Origin: Psilocybe cubensis
Lineage: Eukaryota
Reading direction: 5' to 3'
DNA length: 64,000 bases
NCBI GenBank assembly: GCA_017499595.2
Contig: CM039006.1
Span: forward strand, 1,798,001-1,862,000
Shown: piece by piece, positions 25,144-38,535 of the stretch
Layout: each line of letters begins with the position of its first letter
Numbering within the stretch: the stretch's first letter is position 1
The notes under the pieces: generated by a model
Databases searched by the model: none
The model's input: only the letters and a program-made list of their open reading frames with translations
Told to the model about the DNA's origin: nothing
Made by a program: the position numbers and the translations under genes

Positions 25144-28100
25144 GGTGGAGGAGTAAGGCGAAGGAGGACTCTAACGTGTCAATGTCGGTGGGTCACGACG
25201 TGGCCCCTGCTTATGTAACCACCATCACGACGCCCACGTAGGCCTAGCGCGTTTCACACTTCCCATCCATCATCCACCGACGTCAAATATGACATCCAAC
25301 GCAGGGCTCAAAAACAAATCCTTAAGGCTCGTATTCGAGGCTGAGGTCAGCCATCTTCTTGTGCAGTTTTCCAATATTGCTTCCAGTTCAAGCACTACCC
25401 AGCGGAGTCAACCAAGAGCTTAATTCCGGCTAACACGCATACTTCCGCATTGCCGACCGCGTTGATTGTCGACATGTTTTCTTTACCGATATGGACTTGT
25501 ATAAAATACGAAAAATCCCGAAAAAAATCTGTTCGGCCCCCTTCGTGTAGCCATGAAGACGTTTCGCAGAGGTTCCATATTCCTGGAGCCTGCGATTTCT
25601 GCAACGAACCTCTTTTCTTGTGGACCAGGAGTACACGGTCAACAACCGGAAACTACGTGTCATCTCTCAATTTGCCAAACGTAGTTGGTAATACCCAAGG
25701 CCGCAAAGGATAAAACGGCGTTCATCATAACCGAATGTCACTGCAAAGTCCAAATGTACAAAAAGCTACTCTTATACATGCATGTTGTCCGCATGCACAA
25801 GGCTGGTAATCTCAAGTAATCTTATATTTTATAAATTTACGACTGGTGGACAAACCAATCTAAATAAGCTTTACAATTTCTAGACATCATCACTCTTTCT
25901 GATTTGCACTACATCTTCCGGCGGTTGAAGGAGTTGCTATTCTCTGCAGCACAATTCAAATATGAAACGTGGCCAAAGAATCGCGACGCCGATGGACACT
26001 TGCAACGTGGAATCAATTTTACCAAGAAGGTTTCGCTCCATTCTACTCCCAGAGTCTGAGATACAGCTTCTACACATATATAGCGGTCCCTTTCCCATTT
26101 GCGATGTTCTTAGCAGAAAATCATCGGTTTCTCTTATCTCGCCACCTCTCCTACTACTGCCGTACCGAAACAATGTTCAGGCGGGTACTACAGTCCACCT
26201 CCAACAACCGAGACACAGTGGTGGCATATCAAGCTGAAGAATCGCCTGCGACTTTTTCCTTGCTCTACCCTCTTGATCATCTTATCCGAAATTTCATCAT
26301 CTTCTGTGAATATTCGCACCGTAGTTGTCCAGTCGTTTGCAGCCGAAATGTGGCCTGAGATGGGGAGATTCACCTCGAGATAATCCGCCATTGTTGGTGA
26401 CCAGCTCCGGTTTTCGATATGCATGTTCCAGTTTCCCCCCACTAAACGTTTTTCCTATCCGACTTTTTTTGGTGAGTTTAGCGGAGTTAACACATACGAC
26501 TCATATTTTGATAACTTGGGAAATCATGAAATTTGACGAAACTGCATTGTCATTTTCTTCGCAAAAAGCGTCGCGGCAAGTCACAGAAGGTCGCCCACAA
26601 GCCAAGCAAAGCACCTATAGTCTATTTCAGCAGGTGATGTAGCCTTGGCCTACGTAGTCTTCATGCAGGCCCTCTGATAGAGTTGTTGCTCCTTTGTTTC
26701 TCCGACGGCGATCGATCCAAGATAACATTCCCCGATTCTGCTCGAGTGACTGAAGCGATGACTCTCAAATAAACGGCCTGTGGCAGAGGATATTTATATA
26801 CAACAGTGCAGTTGATTTATAAACGATCTAGCTGTATGACAACCTCTTGAGATTCAGGGTTTCAATGCAACCGCAGGATTCAATTTTTTCCATGTCGACC
26901 GAAGATCCTTCAAGGGAAGGTGGCGACAGGGCTCGTTAATGCCGGGGCTGTACACAGCCTGTACACAAATGTCGAAGTGCCATTTCAGTCGAGAAAGATC
27001 GATATCACGCGTCAACGAAGGCTTACAACTAGCCTTCGAATGATCGGCTGAAATGTGTCCATCCACGCATCATTATTCCGTTCAGCCACGCGAGGTTCGT
27101 TCGCTCTCAATAACCTTAAATAATCTCCTATAATCTCCCGTGCATGGCATGCACTACTCGCTTCAGTTTCTTAATAGAACTTTGAGGCTTCAAGTGGATG
27201 CCCCCCATATTTTCTTCTAGAATTAAAAATCTATTGAACAGTACCTCTAATAGTCATTGAGTCAATGAATCAAAGTACAGGAGCTTGTGATAATTGATTG
27301 CAAGTGGCTCAATACCTGTTCAGTGCCAGTGCCATCACGAGATGGAGACTCACCTTAAATCACATAGCACTTGGTTCCGCAATCTAATTCTACTCCGCAG
27401 CTTTTTGAGAAACCACGTTATGATATCGATCGATGATCCACTCAGTTGATATTAGTTCTCAGTTTTCGCTGGAGTGATAATCTCGCGATGAACAGTTTCA
27501 TTGCAATCATAGTTACTAACATCTGCAGTGCAACTAAGGTTGCTGATTTTATGCAGCGTGAAGACGAATATATGTATTGGCCAAAAGTTAATCAGATTTT
27601 CTGCGTAGGTTTGCAACGACTATGGACCGATCTAGAAATTATCATAATTTTCTGTATACGATTACTAGAAAGCGGGATCAGTAAAGAGATCATTGATATC
27701 AATAACGAGGCGCCCCAGTGGTGCTGGAAATAGTCAGTAAATTTAGCAAAGGGAATGCATAAAGGCAATTGAAGACGAGAAAAGGGAAAAACTGATGGGC
27801 GATGGTTGAGATGGGGTGAGATCAGGTATGAGCACTGGGTCGAATCGTGATGCCTTGAAGTGAAATTCAAGACAAGCTTGGCCTCATACTTATTTGCTCC
27901 GAGGCGAGCCTTGAACTCTTCGATGAACAGTTTCTTTGGTCGAGTCCGTATCCTTCCATATCACGTCTCATAAGTTACTTACCCATGATGTACAACGATA
28001 TTCGAGCCATCGACTTCGATGATCATCTTCTTTCCTTGGAACCACGAGGGAGGGATCGACGTATCAAGCTGATGAAATGCATGGTCCGTGTTCCCAGCTT

Positions 28101-30193
28101 TGTACCAAAGTTGGAATGAAGCTATCTAGGTCGCCTGGTGAAAATATTTTTCTTCAATCCTGGTATATTTTAATGAATACAGCATAGTGAATTGTATACC
28201 AATTGATCGAAACCATCGAAACCTTGTAGTAGTGAAAATATTAGGGTTCCAGGGACTTTCCAATGATGTCGATAAATACCCCATGTACCTTTGTATCTAT
28301 TAGCTGAATGTAGCGAAAACAAGAGGAAGCCAAGTGAGCAGATATACGATTTTCTGATCCCGCGGCCTTCAAGAATAACATATGACACCAGTCCTTTCTG
28401 TTGCCAATCCAATTTTGTTTGGCGTGAAACAGTGCTCCATGAGCTGCAGGTCATTTCATTCCACAACAGAACATCCAGAGATATATTTTGCGAGGTGATT
28501 GATTGATCAACAAAAGGTGCGAGAGTGGAAAAAGAAGGGAAATGAACAGATCCAAGGTGGAGTATATACGATGCCCTAGATAGCCGAAACGAAGAACCTA
28601 TGTCAAAGGAGACAGGCGTCGGAAACATCCATAGGCCTTAGCTACAGTTATCGATGTGGTGTTAATTCGGAAGGGTCAAGATGAATATCATACCTTTTTC
28701 TTGGGTTCGTTCCATCATCGATTGAGGGCTTGAATTACGACCCTTGCGGATGTAAGGTATAATCACCGAATAGCCATGGGGAGAATATTCATTAACCTAG
28801 GAAAAGTCTGGGCTGCATGGCGTTTTATTTGAAGGCTGCCAGTGCAGGCGTTAAGGTCATTTTAGAGGGAGTAGATGCCGTACCTTCTGAGCTTCACAGC
28901 GTAAACCTCGCTCATCGCCCATCAGTCGTGAGGGAATCCTGTATGTAAGTAATCTAGCATAATCTAGCATAATGACATACGAGAAGGTTGTATGAAGGTA
29001 TAAAATGTTATTACGCTCCTGGTGACCGGTGGCCGGTGGGGGATGGATGAAAAGAAATATCTCTTTACTTCACTAGCATGAAGGAGTATACACCACATTC
29101 CCACGATCGCGATCACGTGAAATGAAATAAATTATAAATTGGTGCGACGCGTTCAAAGGTTAGGGCGTTAGGCATTCAATTGAAATGCATCATTTAAAAG
29201 GTTTATAAGTCAAACCAACCTGGGTCATTTACGCAAAATATTAGGGTCAAAATTACGCTTTCAAGTCGGCGGCCAAGAACAACCAACATCTAACTCACGC
29301 TCACCGGCCCGGAAAGAGGTAGTTACAGCCTCAGCTTGGAGGCACAGCACGTCTCAACGACCTCGCGTACATGCTTTTAATTAACAGTTTTTCGGTTTAC
29401 TGTTATTTTAGATAAGTAATGAACACACTCTACCCTCAAGCTGAAGGTGTAAGCGCTCATAAAATGTACTACTTTGTCGCAATGCTAAAGTTTTTCTACA
29501 TTGTTAGAAGGGATGCAGTCATGGCTGTAGAAGAAGGCCAGGAAGTGAATCAAAAGAAAGTTTTATTTTCAAGCCTGGCTGTAAATTCGCTCAGAATTGT
29601 ATTAATTTCCCTTCCTATAAGGAATTTGTTCATAGATATGCGAGGAAACCTACGGCATCGGCTTCTCAGGTACTACAAAGGCATTTCAATACAATTCAGG
29701 ATGTGTCAAAATGAATCAAGCTATTGAAATGCTCTGTGGCAAATGTCCTTGGGAAATCACAACCGTTTTCTGCGCCCCTTTCTCTCGACTAGCGCCAGAA
29801 AAATTCAGCCGAGATCGGGAAGAGGGCTAACTTAATGTTAAAATAACAAACGTGGAAATGTGCTAAGAAAGACAGCTCCCGGAGACCAATTGAATCACTT
29901 GAGAGAGATGCATGGCAATGGATGTGAAAGAGACAAGACGAGGACGGATTCCAGGTGATACTTACTGTCCTAATTTAGTAGTCGACCCATGACTTTTCTT
30001 TGCCGTTGCTTACCTTTGTTAGGAATAGCCTTTCAAATTATACAAACCCGACGAACTCGCTTTTGGAACTCACTTCCAATTCCATCCCTGCATCACTTTC
30101 ATCAACCTTTCAACGCCTCTCAACGCTTTCCAAGCTATCTCGGGTGTGAGAACGCGTCCCAAATTTCGGTATACTGTTCCAACATTGTATCTA

Positions 30194-32388
30194 ATGCCAA
30201 AGCGCCGACAACCACTTTCTGTGGATTCTCCGAACAGTGGTACTGACAAAGAAACCCCAAATTTCCTTGACGATTCTGAACATGAGGACGCGTCATTCAC
30301 TCCGACAACAAAAGCTCTCACAAGAAAGAAAAGGAAGGTGACTGGCACTCGAAACAGGAACGTAGACAACGCGTCACTTTCGCAAATATCAGGCTCGCAA
30401 GAACCCGATGGCTATGACGCACCCTGCCATTCGAGATCTACACACACCATTGTATCTCCAGGCCCCATGCGCAAGGCACTCTTGAGCTGGTTTAAAACCG
30501 TACACGACACTCGTGGGATGCCGTGGCGTCGCGCATACGACCCAAACCTAGGAACAGAGGAGCGTGCACAACGGGCATACGAGGTGAGTTAGATCACTTT
30601 GTTCGCAGATCAAGAGCATGCGACGAATCAATGCCGTCATCTAGGTGTGGGTCTCCGAAATCATGTTGCAACAAACCCAGGTCGCAACCGTCATTCCATA
30701 TTACAACCGCTGGATGGAGAAGTATGTATGGCACAAACTTGTCTCATCTGTCTTTGTGAACAAGTACAGATTGACAATTCGTTAGATTTCCCACCATTAG
30801 AGACCTCGTGAGTTACATTAACTGTCGTATAAGGTTGCGTTTAACCACGATTTCAGGCAGATGCGAGTATTGATGAAGTGAACAGCTTATGGAAAGGGTT
30901 GGGTTATTATAGCAGAGCGAGCCGGCTTCTCGCGGGTGCTAAAAAGGCGGTTGCAGAATACGATGGAAAGTTGCCTGACAATGCAAAGGATATGCAATCC
31001 AAAATTCCTGGCATTGGTCGGTATAGCGCTGGAGCAATTTGTTCGATTGCGTACGGTGAACGAGTACCTGTGGTATGATCAACTGAGCCAAATTGTCGTT
31101 TCGTTACTAAACGGTTAACTTAGCTTGATGGAAACGTACATCGTCTTCTTAGCAGGGTTCTCGCACTCCACTCCCCTCCCAAAGCCAAGCCGACTTTGGA
31201 TATACTGTGGGCAGCGGCACAGACCATGGTGGAAATAGAAGGTAAGGAATCCCGGCCATACCCCTACTCACTTATCAGATAGCATTCTCATATGTTTATA
31301 CAGACCGATCTGAGGGTTCTATTGGTGCCACGGAAAAGCAGGAATCCGACTTTTTGTCCCCTCAATATCCGGGCGATATCAATCAAGCACTTATTGAGCT
31401 TGGGAGTACAGTTTGTAAAGTGCGTGAACCTGACTGTAAGGCATGTCCCCTGCGGACATGGTGTTCCGCTTATCAAAAATACTCCTCTACCAAAACCTTG
31501 GAGGTGAGCGTCCTTGTTTTTATTCCTACCGCCATTTTACACGCAATAGATAAACACAGTTGCGGACATTGAGGATATATGTGATGTATGCGAGCCTTTT
31601 ACCGAACCGCCAGGAGTGACGGCTTATCCCATGAAAGCCGAACGCAAAAAGGCTCGAGAAGAGCTAGACGTCGTTCACGTTATCGAGTGGCATTCCGATT
31701 CGTCACCCCGCGATAGAATGTTTCTCATGGTTAGGCGTCCAGAAAACGGTAAAGAGTACCTTCTCTGTCTTCCACTTCTCCCGTTAACGAAATCGCATTT
31801 TCTGTCAACGAATAGGCCTCTTGGCAGGTCTATACGACTTCCCTACTTCCGTGGATGTCCCAATGAAGATTACTGTCCGGGATCAAGAAAGTTTAACGCT
31901 GAAAATTTTGCCGCAGATCATTCAAGGTGCATCACGTATCTCGAGGCAGAAAAAGCGTAATACAGTTGGACATAACCCTTCTCAGCCAGAAGATCTCGTA
32001 ATCGCTGAAATTCAGCCAGTTGGGGATGTCGTTCATGTATTCTCGCATATAAAGAAGACATACAGGATCCAACTGGTTGTACTAGAGGGTGGCGTTAAAC
32101 CGCCTGCAATCCTAGAGAATCCACTGCTACATGATGAGCGGCCAACAAAAATAGAGAGAAAAGAGGGGCGCGCCGCCAAAAATGTCAATGTCACAACTGC
32201 AATAGATGCATCGAAGCCAGCTATATGGGTTCCTCTAAACGAGGTTGTGGATACAATGTAAGTTTGCGCAGTTTGCGTGCCCGAGAAAACTCCTCACCTT
32301 CGTGCTTATGATTTTTAGCATGGGAAGCGGTGTTGTCAAAGTGTGGAATCTGACGAAAAAATTATGGGAGAGTACGGAGAAGTGCTAG
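30194..32388 (+). CDS. MUTYH: A/G-specific adenine DNA glycosylase (MutY/MUTYH homologue)
   Basis: [32 protein letters not shown], Hh[32 protein letters not shown], Fe-S motif [22 protein letters not shown]-like C-terminus ([20 protein letters not shown]). Confidence 0.96.
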
Positions 32389-32810
32389 TATTCTTCCGAT
32401 CCTTGTGGCTAATGGCAAGATCTATTTTGATCATACTTATATTATGTAGGTACGACAACGACTCGTTTCTATTAAATTCTAACGGTGATGTGTATTTAAT
32501 TATAATATATAGTTACATTTAATTAATCACCATGTATGTCTCTTTTTTTATCATACATGGGACATTGTCATTGTCAAGAGCCAACTGAAGCAGAGAGAGA
32601 GCAGCTTAACCTCCTTCGGCAAGTCTGGTCGAAGCCACGTTTGTCATTCCGATGACCAAAGGTCACGTGCCAATAAGGTATCTTACCTAATTTGCAGTCG
32701 GAGTGTTTTCGGGGTCTAAAATCTACCCACTGGCCGCAAACACGGTTCAAACAGGCCTGTCAGTTGTCAACCACATTCAAACGTTTCCATATTCTTGTTG
32801 ACTATGTGCT

Positions 32811-35246
32811 ATGGACAAAGAAACCGGAATTCATCGTAAGGCCGATGGGGACTACTTATAGTATGTCGCTTAAGTTTGCCTTTGGAAGTCTGACTGCGGT
32901 TTTGTCTGATTATATGTTTACAGTGCTGTACTGAATCTTTCAAAAAATGCTTCACAGGCAGAAATAAACGAACGCCACAGATCTCTTTCCCTTATATTTC
33001 ACCCGGATAAACAAGTAGATACGACTCTGAAAGTTACCGCAACGAAGGAGTTTCTCGAGATTCAAAAAGCATACCAAGGTATGTTTTGATGTCACGCGTA
33101 TGGAGTGGGTTGAACTCTTACGGAGAAGTCGGCAGTCCTTTCGGATCCGTTTCTGCGGTACGCTACAACGTCATCTGGTATAGGGCAGCAGCATCTCATA
33201 TTTGTATAGTCTGGTTTACGATACCCTCGGTGCGCATAGTTGGATATTTGCTTCGTTTTCTCCGTTCACATGTTCTTCATACAGGCTCCGATGGCCTGGC
33301 TGTACAATGGCCGCCAACCCTCCGCTTCCAGACGCAAGAGAAGGTCAGAGAATCATTTTACTGTGCAACACACAAGCGTATAGCTTACGGGTGAAAAGAT
33401 TATGGAAGTTTTAGATCATCATGGAAGTGAGATGAAACGACGACGTCTGAAGCAAATCATGTCTACCAAAGCAAAGGTCAATTGTTCGTTCGACGCATCA
33501 CCGCTTTTCAACCCCTATTTCTTGATTACAAGTAGAAGTTATACTTCTAGAATAAGAGAGCGCATACAAGCAACGCGTATTGTTTCGCAAAGTCTTGCCT
33601 ATACCATCGAGGTAGGTTTACTCAGAAATCATGGCGCAGTTGATCCTATAGTTCCTTTTTCTAGAAAAGGCTGAATAACAACACAACATTTTCATTCACT
33701 GGCCAGACCAATCCAAGCAAATCGAAAGTATCAATTCTTTCGTTTGTTGGAACTGTTCGGCATCAATTTTCCCCTCGCCTCAATGTTTTGGTGAGCTCCG
33801 CCGATTTTTGTGAATCCACATATCGACATTCCTAACTTTTGAACGGGAAGACGTCGATGACCTTTGTTAAACCTTATCCAACCAGATTTGAAGTCAACTA
33901 TGAAGCCACCGGAAACATAGTCAATTTCAAAACGGCTCTATCTCCGTTGCTTTTGGATTCGTATCCTCCAATCATGCTTTCCTTCTCCAGGCAGCTATTT
34001 CGTTCAGGACCCCAAAGAGCTAAAGTCGACCTCAATCTGACTCAGAGTCCCTCCCTGTCTTTTTTCTATATTTCTCCGCCCACGCTAAAAATAAATAAGC
34101 AAGAGGATGCAGTTCCTCCACAACTTGGGCCTCCGACAACGCTTGGCATCAAATACGTGGCTTTTGAAAGGGCTTATGGAGTGGTCTTCGACCGCATTCT
34201 GCCTACCCTCGTTGCAGAGACGAGTATGACCCTTGTGGAACTTTCCGTTCGCCTGAAGGCTTCCATTCAACTTGGCTTCTCAGGGGCTCTTTATAGCTTA
34301 GGCGCTCATTGGTCTAGTGAAAGTATCGAAGCTGGTTCTACCTTGATTCTAAACTCATCGGCTCTCGTTTTACAACTCGAGTTTGTGTGTTCCGTGTTCA
34401 ACTTATTGATAGCCTGGCTCACAAATTGTTAAGTTTAACCTATCTCGAGCAACAACTCACTTTGCCGATCATACTCTCAACGCAATTCTTTCCTCTGCTC
34501 GCCTTGGGAACGGCTCTTGTTCCTTCCGCTGCGGCTTTATTGACCTATCGTTTCCTGGTCGTTCCACGTCGTCGGGCGCGGAGATACGCGTAAGGAGTGT
34601 TGCTTGTTCGGACATTCAGTGTTCTTGATTCATATCATCAGACACATCCAAGCTGCTAAAAAAGCCTTCGACGAAGATAGTGACTCTAGAAGAGAGCGAA
34701 ATGCGGTTGAATCCTTACTAAAGGATGCCGTCAAGAAGCAATTGCGCCATGAGACTGAGGCCGAAGGTCACTTATTTCCTCCAAGGTTTCGTTGACTTTG
34801 ATCATCTGTTTTAATATTACATGCGTTTTCAGGTCTCATTATACAAGAGGCTACCTATGGCGTAGCAGAATCAGAACTTGGCGAAGGGAAAGACGCATTG
34901 TCATTGGATGTTAAAATTCCTTTACAAGCCTTAGTTCGCAAGTCACAGCTTCACATTCCTGGTGGTACTTCCAAGGTAATGGTCCTACCCGAAATTATTC
35001 GCCTGGTGTATTCTGATATTTTTGTTCCTCGTCTTGCAGACCGCGTTGCAAGGTTTCTCGGACCCTGCGCCATTTGCTTCCAAATCTCTGCGCATTCGCT
35101 ACTTGTTCCGTGGCCGCTTACACTACGCTGAGATTCCTGACTACATGCCTGTCGTTTTGCCTCTGTCGGGTAAGTCGGGAATTTCCATGGATAGACGATT
35201 CAGCACTGATCAATAACTTTAATTTTCAGAACACTTGGTGGGTTGA
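32811..35246 (+). CDS. DNAJC11: DnaJ-domain protein, DNAJC11-like (J domain plus DUF3395-like C-terminus)
   Basis: YAVLNLSKNASQAEINERHRSLSLIFHPDK (HPD), AYQVLSDPFLR..YD. C-terminal GLIIQEATYG...LDVKIPLQALV...LQGFSDPAP...LRIRYLFRGRLH. Confidence 0.88.
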
Positions 35247-37222
35247 TGGTCGGGTATATGACATCTACATTTAGGCCGGTCCTGCATGAAAGAAAGTCAG
35301 AAATGGCACAGAATCATCTCGACAGTGGACGGAGAAAACCTTTACGTATAATGACAAGTCTGAGTACAGGGTTTTTTATCTCTCCGACTGAATTCTAGGT
35401 GACTTCTTTCGTTGATTCTTGGTGTCAGACCTATATTCCTCAATAAGCGTAACGCTCTTTTCAAGTGAACATCCAATATATTGTTTCGTAGAACACTGCA
35501 TCGGTCTTCCGTCCGACAAATCGAACTTCTGGTCTGTTCGGAACCAAAAGCCAAAAACTCAAGATATGTGAATTATGAGAAACGTCAACGCAAACGATAC
35601 ATCTATTAGCTAATGTCACCTTGTGTTTTTCGTCACTCAAACCTGAAGTAGATCTTCAAGCAAGAAGACACGCGGTCCGTTCTTACGCGAGCGTTATCAA
35701 AAGACAAAATTCAATAAGCATTCAAAAATTTGTGGGGATGTTCGCGACAATCCATATTGTGTAATCGAGGTAAACCCACGAACCGGTTTTTTCCGTTGAA
35801 CAAGTCGATTGTTCTGCGTCTGGTGGAAATGTCGTCGGTGCACGATATGAAGTCAGAATTATGACATATCAAAGACAGGGTGTTTTTCAGGTGCATTGTC
35901 AAGAATCTTTTTGTTGGTTTATGCTGACATCATACGTACAAGGCTGCCAGTTATATCGTGAGCACACTCATTAAACGCGGTATTTAATCTTTCTTTTCAC
36001 TTTAATCATGAGTGAAGAGGAGACTATGATCTACATGCGGCTGACGCATGCTTCACTTCACATCTGTGGAAAGCGTCTGTTGGAAAACTAGTGTGGACTT
36101 AGGAAAACACGGATGCGAATTGGTTACGCGGAAATCGCCAGGTGTTCTGGTGAGCTAAGTGTGATATTCGAAGCTCTCACCCGCGCGCACACCTTAGTTT
36201 GTCCTTGACTTCTTCTCCCGAGCCTTCGCGACATGCTTGTCCTTGCTTGTCCACATGGATGGATGGTCAATCCCGGCCTCGACTACAATGCAATCACATT
36301 GCAAAGGACGTGCACATAGAAGGTTAATTAGCTGTTCGAGACAAAATTCAGGGACAGATATGCCTCTGAAGGATTGTCAGAGAGCAATCATCGGTAATTC
36401 AAGCCTGGGAAAGTTTTTTTGTCAGAGTTTTAAACTCCGGAAAACTGTCGGAAGATATACCGTGGTCGGTTCGCTCACTGAACAGATGTATCCATCATGG
36501 TCCCGACGAGAAGTGCCATATGCATAAGAATCGTGATCGGGTATAATCACTAATCTTAAAACGTTCCGTTATGGTGGGTCAGTTGCGTACGTGCTTCAAG
36601 TTTCGACCCGATACGCACTATGATTTCATGATTGGTAGTTGTCACTGGCACAGGAAGACCACGCGGGAGAGCTCTTTTAGGCAGAGTTGTTGCGTAGGTC
36701 GCTCAGTGGACGCCACGAATCTTTACGGAGACGACGGTTGATTTGGCGCCGTCAAAATTATGCTTCATTTACAGTTGGGATCTGTTTTCATGGAGATCGT
36801 CACTAATCTTAGATAGGCCCGCGAAGGACTTTAGTCAAACTCGGCGATTAAGTATCTCGATGGATTCCTTTATCAGGTACGGTCCAAAATATACTTCTGT
36901 ACACTTAACTTTGGCGTAACTTCTCCGCTCCGCCCTGCTAGCGACACCATCAAGCTTTTCAAATATAGGTTCCTACCGTGAGAGTCATGGATCGAATCCT
37001 TCGTACGCCTTGAATCCTCAGATCTCAATCCGATGGGTGTGTGCAACTTAATACCAACTCAAATATTTCATAGGATTCACATTTCGTGTCTTCTCTCGGT
37101 CCTGCCCACTTCTTTTTTAAAGTATCGTATAAATTGGGGGGGATGATTCTGCTACAGCCACCCTCCTCCTCCGCTTCGTCGCTGCCCTTGACCTTTGTCT
37201 TTCTCTTCTTTGCATACACCCA

Positions 37223-38535
37223 ATGCAGCATCCTACACTTCAAAATGTCCGCATCAGGTCTACTCGGGACGCGATGCAAGTCTTCAACGGTGTCGCCAAT
37301 CATTGCCTACCATTAATCACCAGGCGCTTGGACGCTGAAGAACGAAGGAATATAATTCCTGGGAATGTGTATGTGTGGTAAGTATATTTATTGGGGTCTT
37401 TTCAAGTCTTGATGGTGGACTGTTTTTAGGGAAGAGCGAGGGGCAAATACAGAGCCCACTGGACTTGGTATGGAACGATGGTACGTCGAGAGCGTGTGGA
37501 AATGGGAGTTATCTCATCACCATTCATACAGGACCGATGGCATGGGATGGGGTCCCAGTCGTGCGTAAAGCTGCATTTTCCTGCTTGTACAGCCATTAAA
37601 CGGCGTGTATTGGGTATTCGTTTAGGAGTTCGAGACGTGCGTTAATAATCTTAACATAAACCTTTTCATGTAACTCACGCTTCCTCAGGATTTTCTGTTT
37701 TATCATCAGAAGGACTCAGACGTGACTGACGATCTCGTCAACCCAGTAACTCCGTGGGCACAAATGATGAGGTCAGTTAATTCAGCCTATTTACGCCGCT
37801 CAATGAGATTTCGTAACAATGAAATGAGGCATTCTGCCTCATGTTAAACACTTATTGTATGCTACTATCAGAATCAGCACTGATCATGATTGCTTTGATG
37901 TATAGGAGACCGACAGGGCGGGTTAACAGACCATTTGTGGTCACGATTCAACCCATCCCTGAGGCTGAGCGCTTGATAAAACAAACCTACAGCGTTCATG
38001 TCTCGCTTCCTGCTGATCGACCAAGAGGGATCATCAGAAAATGGCATCTGAGTGTGTCATTTGTTTCTTTTACCGGTGATTATGGAAGCTCTAATACAAC
38101 GTCCCAGCTGCCTATTTCAGTCCACATAAGCTGGAAGAACTCGATACTATTGACAATATACGAGGCGTGGGTGATGTTCCAGTTCCCGAAGGTTGGTTTA
38201 GAAGCGCTCGAATTGGAAGGAACAGGCAGAACAGTCGCACCAACGGCATAATGCCACTTTCCCCCGATATTTCCAACCTCCCTCCCACACCGCCTGGTTC
38301 AAATTATCACTATGGCTCTGGTTCTCATCAGGCTCAGCCCCCATTATATATACCAATATCACCGCTTCCGTCTGGATACCCAAGCCCCGAGTCACCGTCG
38401 CCTCCCAGTAGTTCTAGTCACGACGGGGGTCATCGTTCCGGAAGTCAGCTCGTCCCACTGGAGGTCCTTGTCAGAACATCTGGGCCAAGGCGTGATCCTG
38501 CGGATGAGCAAACGTTACGAAGATTTGTGTCGTGA
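37223..38535 (+). CDS. Gti1/Pac2 (WOPR) family transcription factor; includes an 11-nt microexon at 37626-37636
   Basis: IRSTRDAMQVF...ITRRLDAEERRNIIPGNVYVWEE...GMERWTDGMGWGPSRVRDDFLFY...LIKQTYSV...KWHLTAYF, followed by a Pro/Ser-rich tail. Confidence 0.92.

Noticed and set aside
28951-28973. AATCTAGCAT tandem duplication
   Set aside because: Only about two copies; ordinary slippage.
30152-30157. ACGCGT (MCB-like) site just upstream of MutY
   Set aside because: The same hexamer recurs inside the coding sequence, so there is no evidence of function.
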